From positions 412,237-476,236 of the IMG/VR virus record IMGVR_UViG_3300032236_002285: 64,000 nucleotides of DNA. One strand, 5' to 3'. Every line of letters starts with the position of its first letter. Positions within the stretch are counted from its first letter, which is position 1. Below are positions 21,951-31,892 of the stretch, one piece after another. The notes below the pieces were generated by a model. The model was given only the letters and a program-made list of their open reading frames with translations, was not told the origin of the DNA and searched no databases. The translations under genes and the position numbers were made by a program.

Positions 21951-22099
21951 TAGTTAAATATCTTTTTAATTTTTTTCATTCTTTTCTTTTCTCTACTTAA
22001 TGGTCTGTTATAAGTTATAATAGAAGATATTCTTGTTTCTAAATTAGGTAGAAACCTTATTTTAGCACCTGGCTTTAACTCAAAGAATTCTTTTTTCAT
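21950..22099 (-). CDS. 49-aa C-tag protein (not in ORF track)
   Basis: MKKEFFELKPG...REKKRMKKIKKIFN*; overlaps neighbours by TAATG/ATGA. Confidence 0.65.
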   Translation of the reverse strand: MKKEFFELKPGAKIRFLPNLETRISSIITYNRPLSREKKRMKKIKKIFN

Positions 22100-22281
22100 A
22101 TATCAAATATGTTTTTAATTTTTTTCATTCTTCTGCTTTGCTTAGAAGGAAACTTCATTGTCATAAAAGATGGATAAATAATTCTATCGTAGTTTTTAAT
22201 ACTATCTTGAATTTTACCCTTCTGTTCTTTTCTAAGTGATGCTAGTTCTTCTAACATCTTCTTCATTTGTTCTTCGTTCAT
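22096..22281 (-). CDS. Small C-tag protein
   Basis: Ends RMKKIKNIFDI. Confidence 0.65.
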   Translation of the reverse strand: MNEEQMKKMLEELASLRKEQKGKIQDSIKNYDRIIYPSFMTMKFPSKQSRRMKKIKNIFDI

Positions 22282-22421
22282 AGATTAAACAAGTTCTTTA
22301 TTTTCTCTTTTCTTTTTGTTCGTCTTGATGGTAGAATAGTTACTGAATGTGTTAAAGAGGATATACCACCTTGTAATCCACTTGGTAAAGTAAAAACAAA
22401 ATCAAAATTCTTTATATTCAT
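22278..22421 (-). CDS. 47-aa C-tag protein (not in ORF track)
   Basis: MNIKNFDFVF...RKEKIKNLFNL*; ATGA overlaps at both ends. Confidence 0.65.
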   Translation of the reverse strand: MNIKNFDFVFTLPSGLQGGISSLTHSVTILPSRRTKRKEKIKNLFNL

Positions 22422-23260
22422 TTCTCTGCTACTTTTCTAAAGTCAGTTAAGATAGTGTTTCTTAGTTCTCTGAACTCTTCATCTAATTCCTCCCAAGTCC
22501 ATCTTTTTCTTTTAATCTTATCCCAAATAAAGTTAGCACAAGAAAAATCTGTAATACGACCTGACGTTGCTATTTGAGTAGCAAACATAGGAATTCTCAA
22601 TGAGTGAAAAAGAGATTTAACTCCGGTGTGGTATTCGTCAGTTAGTTCTAATTTCTTTTTGCACTTGACCCAGCTATTAGAACTTATATGAGAAGTTGCG
22701 TGTCTGAGTTTAGCTAAGTTGATTTTGAAATTATCAAACTTGATAGTTTCTTTTAACTTAGCCCAATCTGGTGCCCAAATACATTCTAGATTGTTTATAC
22801 GATGCCATTCTAAATCAGCTTTGAACTTATCAGGAGTGTAAACGTGAATGTTGAATAAACCATTACGAATCTCAGTTGATTCAACAGAGTTGTTAGCGAT
22901 CATAATAATATCCCAATCAGAATCAGAGGTAGCTGTTCCGTATACCTGAGACCCGAAGATGTACACGTTAAAGACCCGACTTGGGTGTATCTTTGATGCT
23001 TTAATTATTGTTTCTAATGTTGGTATCATTATCTTATCTATTTTAATATTTCTTACTGCTGATGGATCTAAACTCTCTAAAATCCCCTCAATACAATCTT
23101 GACAAAGAATTGAAACTCCACCATCTAATGTGTGTATAGAAGCACACTTCACAACGTGAGAGTCACAACCATCACATATCTTATTATCATCAACAAACAT
23201 TAGAGATGCTTTAAGTACTTGTGGTCTTTCTGGAAACTTAGATAAGTGTATTTTTCTCAT
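22418..23260 (-). CDS. Zn-finger/C-tag module fused to DNA pol-beta-like nucleotidyltransferase
   Basis: CDGC..CQDC, internal RNIKIDKI, then YIFGSQVYGTATSDSDWDII (GS..YG....SDxD). Confidence 0.8.
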   Translation of the reverse strand: MRKIHLSKFPERPQVLKASLMFVDDNKICDGCDSHVVKCASIHTLDGGVSILCQDCIEGILESLDPSAVRNIKIDKIMIPTLETIIKASKIHPSRVFNVYIFGSQVYGTATSDSDWDIIMIANNSVESTEIRNGLFNIHVYTPDKFKADLEWHRINNLECIWAPDWAKLKETIKFDNFKINLAKLRHATSHISSNSWVKCKKKLELTDEYHTGVKSLFHSLRIPMFATQIATSGRITDFSCANFIWDKIKRKRWTWEELDEEFRELRNTILTDFRKVAEK

Positions 23261-23478
23261 ATTCCTAATTCTTTTAACTTGTCGTCTCTTAATTTACTAA
23301 GCAATTCATACTTACTACGAATGAATCTTGTTTCACCAATACAATTACCATTATCATCTTCTAAATCAAGACCTCTAATGTCATCATCACCTGTAATAGT
23401 GAACTGATGTCCTTTCTTATATACTTTACCGTTAAATTCAAAGTCCTCTAAAAAAACTACTCTGTCTCCAATTCTCAT
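23257..23478 (-). CDS. SH3-like small protein, C-tag
   Basis: IGDRVVF..KKGHQFTIT; ends RDDKLKELGI. Confidence 0.7.
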   Translation of the reverse strand: MRIGDRVVFLEDFEFNGKVYKKGHQFTITGDDDIRGLDLEDDNGNCIGETRFIRSKYELLSKLRDDKLKELGI

Positions 23479-23717
23479 TTTAATATTTTATTTATTTGTT
23501 GTTCTCTAAATTCTTCTAACGTCATAAAATGTTTAGCATCCATCTTCCTAAACTTACCATCATCACACTTGATAACATATGATGGTGCTACAGGTTTTAA
23601 TGTAACTGGATCATAAATAACAGGAGTCAATTCACACTCATAAAAGCTACCTGGCTTTACATAGTAAGCCATTTCATCAACTGGTGATATAGTATCTTTA
23701 AGATAGAGTGTAGCCAT
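23475..23717 (-). CDS. Small protein, C-tag
   Basis: Ends REQQINKILK; TATCTTTG 4 nt upstream of ATG. Confidence 0.7.
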   Translation of the reverse strand: MATLYLKDTISPVDEMAYYVKPGSFYECELTPVIYDPVTLKPVAPSYVIKCDDGKFRKMDAKHFMTLEEFREQQINKILK

Positions 23718-23721
23718 TTTA

Positions 23722-23729
23722 CAAAGATA
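23722..23729 (-). promoter_or_regulatory. Bacteroidota sigma70 -7 element
   Basis: TATCTTTG-TAAA-ATG. Confidence 0.65.
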
Positions 23730-23740
23730 GTTATTTTTAT

Positions 23741-23974
23741 TTAGATTCCTAATTCACTTAACTTTTTATCTCTATCCTCTTTAACTGAACAAGATTCACA
23801 TTTTGTAGGCTCTCCTCTGAATCCACCTTTATATAGGTCTAATTCTTTTTTACAAGATTCACAAAGCTCACCAATACCAATTGAAAATAATTCATCAGAA
23901 TCATATTTACCATATGACTTAGGTTCTTTCAAATCAAGATGTAAAATTGTTTTGATAAGATCTACAAATTTCAT
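23741..23974 (-). CDS. Zn-finger small protein, C-tag
   Basis: CESC..CESC; ends RDKKLSELGI. Confidence 0.7.
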   Translation of the reverse strand: MKFVDLIKTILHLDLKEPKSYGKYDSDELFSIGIGELCESCKKELDLYKGGFRGEPTKCESCSVKEDRDKKLSELGI

Positions 23975-24198
23975 ATACCTAATTCATTTAGTTTATCTTC
24001 TCTTAAATCTACTATATCAATACAATCTTCTGGTATTATAGCCCAACTAGTCAAACCATGTGACTTAATAACACGGTAATATTCATCTTTGTCATTAAGA
24101 CCAACCTCAAATACTTCACCCACTTTATCATGATACCAATATCTGTCTGTACTAGATTCTGAGTAATCACAAGAGCATTTTATAATTTTTACTTTCAT
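23971..24198 (-). CDS. SH3-like small protein, C-tag
   Basis: MKVKII..KVGEVFEV; ends REDKLNELGI. Confidence 0.7.
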   Translation of the reverse strand: MKVKIIKCSCDYSESSTDRYWYHDKVGEVFEVGLNDKDEYYRVIKSHGLTSWAIIPEDCIDIVDLREDKLNELGI

Positions 24199-24482
24199 AT
24201 TCCTAAATCATTTAGCTTAATATCTCTATCTAATTCAGTTGAGATATTTTTTAACTTCTTTGATAGAAACCACATTAAGCCAGAATCACCAAACTGATAT
24301 GGTTCTTCGGGCCAAGAGTCTCTATCTTTTGAGTTCATCTGTCTTGCTTCTTCGCACCATTCTTCTGGTATCAATTTATAGATTTCTTCATCCAAGTCAT
24401 TACAACCGTGATTATCAAATTCATCTTTAGCCATCATCAACATCTTTGATGATAACTCTAATAGCAATTTTATATCTTTCAT
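24195..24482 (-). CDS. Small protein, C-tag
   Basis: Ends RDIKLNDLGI. Confidence 0.7.
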   Translation of the reverse strand: MKDIKLLLELSSKMLMMAKDEFDNHGCNDLDEEIYKLIPEEWCEEARQMNSKDRDSWPEEPYQFGDSGLMWFLSKKLKNISTELDRDIKLNDLGI

Positions 24483-24706
24483 ATCCCTATGTGTTTAAGT
24501 TTCTTTTGTCTTAACAAGTTTAAGTATTCTGACTTTAATAAACAAAGAGTATGTCCATCCATTTGTCTATTTGGTACATCAAATGAAACTAAAATATCAT
24601 TCTCTCTTTGAGAGATAGTATGAATTTTAATATCCATTGGATTTTCTAAACCAATGTTCCATTTGTATAAACAAATGTCATATAACAACTCTTCATCTAA
24701 TATCAT
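24479..24706 (-). CDS. Small protein, C-tag
   Basis: Ends RQKKLKHIGI. Confidence 0.7.
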   Translation of the reverse strand: MILDEELLYDICLYKWNIGLENPMDIKIHTISQRENDILVSFDVPNRQMDGHTLCLLKSEYLNLLRQKKLKHIGI

Positions 24707-25065
24707 ATACCCAAACCATTTAACTTTTGATCTCTCTTATATAACAAAGAAACTTCAATGTTATTATCTTCTGGATAACTTAAAACATTTTGTAAGTAGT
24801 CATAAACTTCTTGAGTTCTACCTTCGTCTGATTCATATCCATAAAGATATCCACCTCTGAATATTCTACCATCAGATGGATCATCAATCTCACCTTGAGC
24901 AGTTAGTATCAATGATTCTATTTCACCTTCATCAATACCAAAAGATTTTAATTGATTAAGTAAATCAATCAAATCTTCCAATCTTTCTTTATAGTCCCAA
25001 CCCCAGTTGCCTCTAAGGTCTAATTGTAAGTGACCAATTGCGGTTTTCAATTCTTCTATATTCAT
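24703..25065 (-). CDS. Small protein, C-tag
   Basis: Ends RDQKLNGLGI. Confidence 0.7.
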   Translation of the reverse strand: MNIEELKTAIGHLQLDLRGNWGWDYKERLEDLIDLLNQLKSFGIDEGEIESLILTAQGEIDDPSDGRIFRGGYLYGYESDEGRTQEVYDYLQNVLSYPEDNNIEVSLLYKRDQKLNGLGI

Positions 25066-25277
25066 ATTCCTATTTTTTCTAAATTATCTATTCTTGTTTT
25101 TACTTTAACTGATATCCAATGTTCATCACCACAAAATTGAGATTCCGGATCAGTTATACTGGCTTCTGAGCCGTGTAAGTGACAAGCAAACTCAACACAC
25201 CAATTAGCTGATGTGTATAGTTCAGGTCTGCTTTTATCAATAAAAAACAAACAATTTTTACAACACTTTTCTCTCAT
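25062..25277 (-). CDS. Cys-rich small protein, C-tag
   Basis: CCKNC..C..C..C; ends RIDNLEKIGI. Confidence 0.7.
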   Translation of the reverse strand: MREKCCKNCLFFIDKSRPELYTSANWCVEFACHLHGSEASITDPESQFCGDEHWISVKVKTRIDNLEKIGI

Positions 25278-25528
25278 ATTCCTAAATCGGTTAAAGTGTT
25301 ATCTAATTTCAAATCTTTATTCCATTCTTCTAACTCATTTAAATAATATTCTTTGCTTACCCATTTAGCACCATTATAAACTGCCTTATCCATTCCATAC
25401 CAAACGGTTGCCATTGCTTTATCAAACTCAACATAAAGACCGTTGTGAGGTGTATCTATGCTTACGAGTATACCAAACCCATCTTCAGTTTTAACCTCTT
25501 GAAATATTCTTAAAAATGATGGTTTCAT
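25274..25528 (-). CDS. Small protein, degenerate C-tag
   Basis: Ends KLDNTLTDLGI. Confidence 0.7.
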   Translation of the reverse strand: MKPSFLRIFQEVKTEDGFGILVSIDTPHNGLYVEFDKAMATVWYGMDKAVYNGAKWVSKEYYLNELEEWNKDLKLDNTLTDLGI

Positions 25529-26352
25529 ATAGCAACTAAATCTTCGTATTTAAATTTTGTTTGTTTTTTCTTTTTATTAATGAACTTAACCTCATTTACC
25601 ACTAAATCACCTTTTTCTATCTCAGATTTAATTTTATCAAATGTTTCTTTTTTTGGTTCAAATAATTTAAGTGAGTCCCAAATGCTACCAGAATGTATTG
25701 AAGCATTATAAACTTCTATCAAACCATCTTTATAGTCATATGAAAACCAAACACCTTCTACCCAAACAGATCTACCTCTTTGAATATTAAATGCGATATC
25801 AAGTGCAACTTCTCTCCAGTAAGATTTAGTGAGAGCTTCACAAGCTGGTTTTGACCAATCTAATATACCTCTAGCATCCTTGACATTCTCAGGAAAACTA
25901 ACTTCATATTTTACTCCTTCAATTCCATCCACACTAAATCTTCTCTCTTCTGAATAGTGACCCGCGTATTTGAGTTTATCTTTTTGGTGAACTACTGGTA
26001 TAGTCCATTCATCAATATTGCTAAATTCTGGATTTCTTTCTAAAAATGTTTTTAGCTTAATACTCACATTTGATGAGGTTTTGTAATGATCATACCCATT
26101 AACGCCTGTTATAAATTTAGGCGATGTATCTGATTTAGGATTAAAAAAGAAACCAACATTTATTGTAAGAACATCCCAGTTGTTAGCATTGAAACTTAAT
26201 CCGTAGATATCACGACTACACAAAGGCCTGCTGTCAATAGAAGGTGGACAAATACCAATTAAATCCTTAGTATATCCTGGTGAGTTTAGAATTTCTTGTC
26301 TAATGACTTCTAATACCGGATGGTCTTTTTTTATTGTATAAATTTTTTTCAT
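25525..26352 (-). CDS. Hypothetical protein
   Basis: 275-aa ORF, ATGA-coupled, no C-tag. Confidence 0.7.
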   Translation of the reverse strand: MKKIYTIKKDHPVLEVIRQEILNSPGYTKDLIGICPPSIDSRPLCSRDIYGLSFNANNWDVLTINVGFFFNPKSDTSPKFITGVNGYDHYKTSSNVSIKLKTFLERNPEFSNIDEWTIPVVHQKDKLKYAGHYSEERRFSVDGIEGVKYEVSFPENVKDARGILDWSKPACEALTKSYWREVALDIAFNIQRGRSVWVEGVWFSYDYKDGLIEVYNASIHSGSIWDSLKLFEPKKETFDKIKSEIEKGDLVVNEVKFINKKKKQTKFKYEDLVAI

Positions 26353-26864
26353 ATTCCTAATTTATTTAATACTTTACTTCTAATGTTTGCTTTAGTGTCC
26401 CAATATTTCTTTGTGTCTAAGTAATACAACTCAATATCACCTTTTGATTGGTCTAAAAATCTAATCTTCCAATCTGCTGATGTTTCTTTAACATCAATAA
26501 TAACAAGTTCAGTACCTTTTGAAATCTTCCACCAGTTTGGCTTCTGACTCGGATCGCTGTGATTGATATATTTCTTAAATATACCATCATAATAGAAATC
26601 TTTTTTAACTACAACTATCTCACCAACTTGAGGAACTTGATAGCCACTTCTATCAAAGTCAACCATTCCATCATAAATAAGAATTCGATAGAGACCTAAG
26701 ACACAAAGTATCAATATCATTGACACACCGAAGAATAGATTGCCAGTTTGTATGTTAATCATACTAAAGGCAACAATCGAAACCATGAAAAGAAACTTAA
26801 ATACTTCATTTCTGTCTAACCAACGATTCAATCTAAAAATACTATTCTTTAACATGCTAACCAT
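26349..26864 (-). CDS. Two-TM membrane protein + SH3-like domain, C-tag
   Basis: Two hydrophobic helices; VGEIVVVK; ends RSKVLNKLGI. Confidence 0.7.
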   Translation of the reverse strand: MVSMLKNSIFRLNRWLDRNEVFKFLFMVSIVAFSMINIQTGNLFFGVSMILILCVLGLYRILIYDGMVDFDRSGYQVPQVGEIVVVKKDFYYDGIFKKYINHSDPSQKPNWWKISKGTELVIIDVKETSADWKIRFLDQSKGDIELYYLDTKKYWDTKANIRSKVLNKLGI

Positions 26865-27190
26865 ATACTTTCTTTTGGTAATTTATCTAAAACTTCATCA
26901 ATTTTAATTTGTCTTTTATAAGCAATCATCTTACTCAAAGTATCTCTGAGAAAGGTTAATGTTTTTTGCTTTCTCGTTTCACTTCTGAATTTAGTATTCT
27001 CGGTTTGTCTGATATTTGATTTCATTTGTTCAATATTAATCTTCATATCAAAATTATAATCATTAGCATTCTGCCAATAGAGAATTTCATCATTTTTTAA
27101 GATGATGAAATCCTTCTTTTCATTGAAAGGACATTTTAATTCCTCAATGATTTGATACCACTCTCCGTTATTACTTGACATTATTCTCAT
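26849..27190 (-). CDS. Hypothetical protein, near-terminal C-tag
   Basis: RQIKIDEVL near C-terminus. Confidence 0.6.
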   Translation of the reverse strand: MRIMSSNNGEWYQIIEELKCPFNEKKDFIILKNDEILYWQNANDYNFDMKINIEQMKSNIRQTENTKFRSETRKQKTLTFLRDTLSKMIAYKRQIKIDEVLDKLPKESIWLAC

Positions 27191-28143
27191 GACCCAAATA
27201 AACTATTTAATAAATCATCACGATGTGACTGAACATCTTCAAAACAAGAATACTGAAACCAATTTGAACGATTGTCGTCACCATAAATTAAAACATTTAC
27301 ATAACCATTAGAAATGCTTGTACTACGAACTTCATAATATTGGTCTTTAGTAAGACTTTTCTGACCATAATTATAAACATCATTCAAACACTTTAATCTT
27401 GTTCCTTCAGGAACTTTCATCAACTTAGATATCTTTTCAGAAATTGAACTAATGATATAATCAGAGTTTAATTTTCTAAAATCAATTTTACTATCATCAA
27501 CAATCTGAGCCAAACTACTCAATAACTTACGAGTTACATCAATCTCACGCTTAGGTACACCAGAGAAGTCTAACTCTTTATCTATATACCAACGAACTGA
27601 TGATTCAATTATTGATTGATTTTTGAAATAAGAATAATGTTCTTTACGATCATCATAACTATCATAGACATCAATGTTATTTTCCATGATATAGTTAATC
27701 ATTGGGACAATACAATACTTGAAACCCTCAATATGTTCGTGACTTCTGCGACCAGAAGTTCTACGACCTCTACTAGTTACACTGGGTTTGGAAACCCAAC
27801 GACCATTTAGATAACGATCAAAAGTAGCACCATCATTTAGTATCTCATTGAACTGACGTTGAGTTCTATTAAGTAAAAACTTCTTAAATCTTTCATTGTT
27901 AGTTTGTTCAACTAACATTGGTTTTAATCTACGCCAAGTCATACCTTTCATAACAGGATTAAATCCTGCGTTGAAACAATTAGTTAAAAAAGAACCAAAA
28001 CTAGCAAAGTCACCAAGACCTAACTTGTTCATTGTACCATAACTAACTTGACCCTGCTCATATTCAGATATGATAGGGAATATCTCTTTTGCTTCTTTGT
28101 AAGTTTCTAAGTTCTTTTTAATTAGATCGTAGTTTAACTTCAT
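27187..28143 (-). CDS. Hypothetical protein with C-terminal SH3-like module, C-tag
   Basis: GTRLKCLND..LTKDQYYEVR; ends RDDLLNSLFGS. Confidence 0.7.
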   Translation of the reverse strand: MKLNYDLIKKNLETYKEAKEIFPIISEYEQGQVSYGTMNKLGLGDFASFGSFLTNCFNAGFNPVMKGMTWRRLKPMLVEQTNNERFKKFLLNRTQRQFNEILNDGATFDRYLNGRWVSKPSVTSRGRRTSGRRSHEHIEGFKYCIVPMINYIMENNIDVYDSYDDRKEHYSYFKNQSIIESSVRWYIDKELDFSGVPKREIDVTRKLLSSLAQIVDDSKIDFRKLNSDYIISSISEKISKLMKVPEGTRLKCLNDVYNYGQKSLTKDQYYEVRSTSISNGYVNVLIYGDDNRSNWFQYSCFEDVQSHRDDLLNSLFGS

Positions 28144-28439
28144 AGTTTAGATATGATTTTAGAAACACTTTTGTTGATCTCATCAAAAGTAGGAACACCT
28201 TCACCGATGTAAACAAAAGCTATATTCTTGTTATTGATTGTTGATTTTCTAACAGATTCTTTCATTAATCTTTTGATTCTATTTCTATCAACAGCTCTTT
28301 TGAACTTCTTAGATGAAACAGCAAAAAGAAAAGAAGTAGATTCAGATTCTAAAACTTTAGCCAATACGATACCATTTGAAACGGACTTACCCCTTTCAAA
28401 AAGTGCATCAATTGATATCTTATTTTTTAGAATATTCAT
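28140..28439 (-). CDS. rnpA: Ribonuclease P protein component
   Basis: IDALFERGK, FAVSSKKFKRAVDRNRIKRLMKE (RNR motif). Confidence 0.88.
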   Translation of the reverse strand: MNILKNKISIDALFERGKSVSNGIVLAKVLESESTSFLFAVSSKKFKRAVDRNRIKRLMKESVRKSTINNKNIAFVYIGEGVPTFDEINKSVSKIISKL

Positions 28440-28443
28440 TAAG

Positions 28444-28474
28444 CAAAGATAAGAAATATTTTTGATAAAACAAA
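28444..28474 (-). promoter_or_regulatory. Bacteroidota sigma70 promoter (-33 TTTG / -7 TATCTTTG)
   Basis: TTTG-N19-TATCTTTG-CTTA-ATG(rnpA). Confidence 0.75.
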
Positions 28475-28501
28475 AAACCCACCAATTACTTGATGGGTTT
28501 T
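28472..28501 (-). terminator. Terminator after clpP
   Basis: aaaaccca..tgggtttt hairpin. Confidence 0.6.
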
Positions 28502-28517
28502 AATTCTAAAAAAAGAA

Positions 28518-29276
28518 TTACTTCTTTTTCTTATCAGTGCCAGGTACTTGTAAGATTTCTCTTTGATAGTATTCATCGAAACCATCCATTAAAGTTGTGA
28601 TTGAAGATGTTTTATCACTAATGATAATTTCATCAATAAATCCAAAGTCTAATGCTTCTTGTGAATTTAACCACTTGTCTCTACGAGCACTTTCCAAAAC
28701 TTCTTCAAATGATTTACCAGAGTTTTCAGCCAACATCTTAAACAAGATGTAGTTGTACTTTTCAGACTCCATTTGAGAGATACGATTATCTTGAACGTGT
28801 CCTTGAGCACCAGAACTAACTTGGTGAATCATTACTTTAGAGAAGTTCAAAGAAGATCGTTTACCTTTTGTACCAGATGATAGTAAGATAGACCCCATTG
28901 ATGCTGCCATACCAGTATTAATAGTTGCTACATCAGATTTGATATATCTCATTACGTCTACCATAGATAAACCAGATTTAACTGAGCCACCTGGTGAGTC
29001 AACGTGCATTGTGATGTCGCTGTTGTTTAAATTATCCAAGAACATTAACTGAGCTTGAACAATAGTTGACATATTGTCGTTAACAACACCGGCTACCCAC
29101 AAAATACGATCTCTCATTAAACGAGAGAAGATATCCATTTGAGTTACACGCATTTCTCTTTCTTCAAGAATGTATGGTGTCATACTATTCTCCAAGTTTT
29201 TATCGAAATAGTGTAGGTTAAGTGACGAGATACCTTCACTCAAGGCGTACTTTTGAAATTCTTTTCCGTAATTCAT
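28518..29276 (-). CDS. clpP: ATP-dependent Clp protease proteolytic subunit
   Basis: MDIFSRLMRDRI, SPGGSV, GMAASMG (catalytic Ser), MIHQ (His), RDKWL. Confidence 0.95.
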   Translation of the reverse strand: MNYGKEFQKYALSEGISSLNLHYFDKNLENSMTPYILEEREMRVTQMDIFSRLMRDRILWVAGVVNDNMSTIVQAQLMFLDNLNNSDITMHVDSPGGSVKSGLSMVDVMRYIKSDVATINTGMAASMGSILLSSGTKGKRSSLNFSKVMIHQVSSGAQGHVQDNRISQMESEKYNYILFKMLAENSGKSFEEVLESARRDKWLNSQEALDFGFIDEIIISDKTSSITTLMDGFDEYYQREILQVPGTDKKKK

Positions 29277-29301
29277 ATTAGTTATATTAGTTGTTTGTTA
29301 T

Positions 29302-29667
29302 TTAGTTTATAGAATATTTTCTTTTGTGAATGATTTCTTTTACCTCAGATAGTTCTTTAGCATACTTTCTACGAAGATGATCTTTAAGATTACTTGGTAA
29401 CATTCTTTGATTATCAATTATTTCTAAAACGGCTACAACACCTCGTTCTTTAATATCATTATCAATCTTTAGTAGTTCTTCATCTGAAAGCATAGTAGGT
29501 TCAACCCAAGTATCTAAAATCATTTCTCCTTTAAGGAAATTCTCCCAAAGGTCTGCTTTTTTGGTACCAGGTACAGGAATAGAATTGATATACTTATCAA
29601 TCTGTTCGAACTTATCTTCTGATAGTAAGCCTTTAGCTTTTTCTTTTGCTGCTTCTAATCTTGTCAT
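29302..29667 (-). CDS. Hypothetical protein
   Basis: 121-aa ORF. Confidence 0.65.
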   Translation of the reverse strand: MTRLEAAKEKAKGLLSEDKFEQIDKYINSIPVPGTKKADLWENFLKGEMILDTWVEPTMLSDEELLKIDNDIKERGVVAVLEIIDNQRMLPSNLKDHLRRKYAKELSEVKEIIHKRKYSIN

Positions 29668-29669
29668 TT

Positions 29670-30146
29670 TTATTTATTTAACAATTCATTTATTTTATCG
29701 TCTCTAACAATAGACTTATCAACGGATTTTTTTACATCCATTACATATTTGTTTACTTTTTCTTCATCAAGATCTCTTTTCTTTTGAGTATCTAAAAAAT
29801 AAAGAGTATCGAATATGAATTTTTGTTTTGAGTAAGAATTATCTTTTCTTGAGTCAAAAATTAACTCTTCAATATCATTACCATAGCTTTTATTTTCAGT
29901 AATAATAACGGTTGTTATATATCTATTGCGGAATAATCTTTTTATCCTATATACGTTAATAGCGTATCTATAATTCATACCATCTTCTGATATTTTAAAT
30001 GAGTAGTAATCTGATTTTTTATTAATATCATCAATATCTCTATTTCTAAAAGAAATACGAGAAGTGTTTAACATCTTTATCCAATCTTTTCTACTTTTTA
30101 TAGAATTTAAGATAGTATCTAATAACGGGTTATATTTATTCATCAT
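29670..30146 (-). CDS. Hypothetical protein, C-tag
   Basis: Ends RDDKINELLNK. Confidence 0.7.
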   Translation of the reverse strand: MMNKYNPLLDTILNSIKSRKDWIKMLNTSRISFRNRDIDDINKKSDYYSFKISEDGMNYRYAINVYRIKRLFRNRYITTVIITENKSYGNDIEELIFDSRKDNSYSKQKFIFDTLYFLDTQKKRDLDEEKVNKYVMDVKKSVDKSIVRDDKINELLNK

Positions 30147-30148
30147 AA

Positions 30149-30601
30149 CTAATTTAATATTTGATTAATCTTACGGTCTCTTCGCATTTGATCATCAACA
30201 ACAAGCTCAATATCTTTCCTAGAAATCCATTTTTTGTTCATGAAATCAATAATACCTTGTCGGTTTTGAGGATCTCTACCTACTTTATCAGTTGATGTGA
30301 AATCAATTGCTTTGACTTTTACTTTATCCGTTGAGACTTCAAGTATTTCAATCTCATAAGTAACCTTAAAATTCTGTTCTTCTTTGGTACCACCATGGTA
30401 ACAAAGACCATAGTTTGGTATAATAGCTTTATCACCTGGTTCTATTGAGACCAATTCTTCAAGTTGGCTAACTTTTTCGTCAACTTTGGATATCATGCCG
30501 GTGATTTCTTTTCGTAAGTTAGTATTATCTGAATATAACTTACCAATAAAAAATAAACTAATTAGTAAAGTAAAAGACAATACAATTAATGATATTTCCA
30601 T
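30149..30601 (-). CDS. N-terminally anchored membrane protein, C-tag
   Basis: N-terminal TM; ends RDRKINQILN. Confidence 0.7.
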   Translation of the reverse strand: MEISLIVLSFTLLISLFFIGKLYSDNTNLRKEITGMISKVDEKVSQLEELVSIEPGDKAIIPNYGLCYHGGTKEEQNFKVTYEIEILEVSTDKVKVKAIDFTSTDKVGRDPQNRQGIIDFMNKKWISRKDIELVVDDQMRRDRKINQILN

Positions 30602-30603
30602 AA

Positions 30604-30876
30604 TTAAATTTCTTGTGCTAACTCTGAATAAATAGGTGAACGTTTAACGATTTCGCGGATTATCTCTGAGCCTAAATCTTGTAGTGCAAACTTCAATATC
30701 GCATCATCTGTTTCTTTTTCAAGTATATCACCTGAGCACAATTTCTTCATATCAATTCTGGTGAATCTCACATCATAAGTACCAGAGAGTGTGCTTTGGT
30801 GTTTAATAAATCCATGCTTACAAATGTTTGTAAACATTCCTTCTGTTAATGATATTCTAATTTCTTTCATATTCAA
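30604..30876 (-). CDS. Hypothetical protein
   Basis: 90-aa ORF. Confidence 0.6.
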   Translation of the reverse strand: MNMKEIRISLTEGMFTNICKHGFIKHQSTLSGTYDVRFTRIDMKKLCSGDILEKETDDAILKFALQDLGSEIIREIVKRSPIYSELAQEI

Positions 30877-30878
30877 TT

Positions 30879-31091
30879 TTATATTTTTTTATCAGTAAAG
30901 TTTATTGAACCAATACAAACATTTTTTTCATCAATTTTGGTTTTATAACCCCATACATCTTTATTTATCATATGACAAGAATGGTTTTCTATCTTACCGA
31001 GTTTGCGCATCTTTTCTACATAGGTTCTGAATTTCAAACTATGTACATTATCATTTTTCCAGGGGCATTCTTTACACGGCTTTCTGCACAT
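30879..31091 (-). CDS. Small Cys/His metal-binding protein
   Basis: PCKECPW..HSCH..CIG pattern. Confidence 0.65.
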   Translation of the reverse strand: MCRKPCKECPWKNDNVHSLKFRTYVEKMRKLGKIENHSCHMINKDVWGYKTKIDEKNVCIGSINFTDKKI

Positions 31092-31659
31092 TCTTTTGAG
31101 CTTTTAAGAAGTTATCTTTTCTTTTATTAGACACCATTACTCTGGTATTATAACCATTAATTTTTTGATAAAAAACATCTACCATTTCTTTAATATCCAA
31201 AAAGTCAATAAGTATCTCAAACCATCTAACATCATCAGTGATCTCACATAATAGAAAATCTTTTTGTGATTTAAGATATTTGGTGATAACTTTTTTATCA
31301 TTACCCAACATATTTAACTTATCAAGGAGTGGATGAATCATCAAACTTACACCCTTAGAATTTATATTGGAATATTTAATCAGTTCGGATTTGAAATTTT
31401 CAAATTTTGAAAACCAAGGATCTTTAGATACAATCGCTTGTATTTTACTATCACGAGCATTTGCTTCTTTAATTGAATCGACATAGCTTTGTAAGCTAGT
31501 TTCTTGTAAAACTTCTGCCTCAAGAATTTTTACTTCTTTTGATTGTTTTGATGTTTTTGGTGTAAATACATTAGGTAAAATTCTACTTTGTTTTAATAAT
31601 TCCATATTAAAACTAGATTCATCAAAAAATACTTTATCACCTATAATCCAAATTTTCAT
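31072..31659 (-). CDS. Hypothetical protein with internal C-tag-like helix
   Basis: Internal RDSKIQAIV. Confidence 0.65.
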   Translation of the reverse strand: MKIWIIGDKVFFDESSFNMELLKQSRILPNVFTPKTSKQSKEVKILEAEVLQETSLQSYVDSIKEANARDSKIQAIVSKDPWFSKFENFKSELIKYSNINSKGVSLMIHPLLDKLNMLGNDKKVITKYLKSQKDFLLCEITDDVRWFEILIDFLDIKEMVDVFYQKINGYNTRVMVSNKRKDNFLKAQKNVQKAV

Positions 31660-31892
31660 AATTTTTTTATCTTTTCTTTTCTTAGTAAACTTCTCTTCTT
31701 TGATTTGTAATGTCTTAATGATATTTCATCGGATTCATCTGATGTCCAACCATTCTTACAATTATCACAATAGTAAGATAAATATTCATTACCATTTTGA
31801 TTTTGCCACTCAAGATTCGCCTCAATATTACTTTCTAGTGAGTAACAAATTGGACACTTTATACTATGAGGTATAGAATCTGGTAAATTCAT
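31656..31892 (-). CDS. Zn-ribbon protein, C-tag
   Basis: CPIC..CDNC; ends RKEKIKKL; TATATTTG 4 nt upstream of ATG. Confidence 0.7.
   Translation of the reverse strand: MNLPDSIPHSIKCPICYSLESNIEANLEWQNQNGNEYLSYYCDNCKNGWTSDESDEISLRHYKSKKRSLLRKEKIKKL

Noticed and set aside
23257-25528. LGI ending explained as a Shine-Dalgarno (AGGA) for the overlapping next gene
   Set aside because: AGGA is only about 2 nt from the ATG, Gly codons are often GGT/GGG/GGC, LGI persists without overlap, and Bacteroidota rarely use SD; some coupling contribution cannot be excluded
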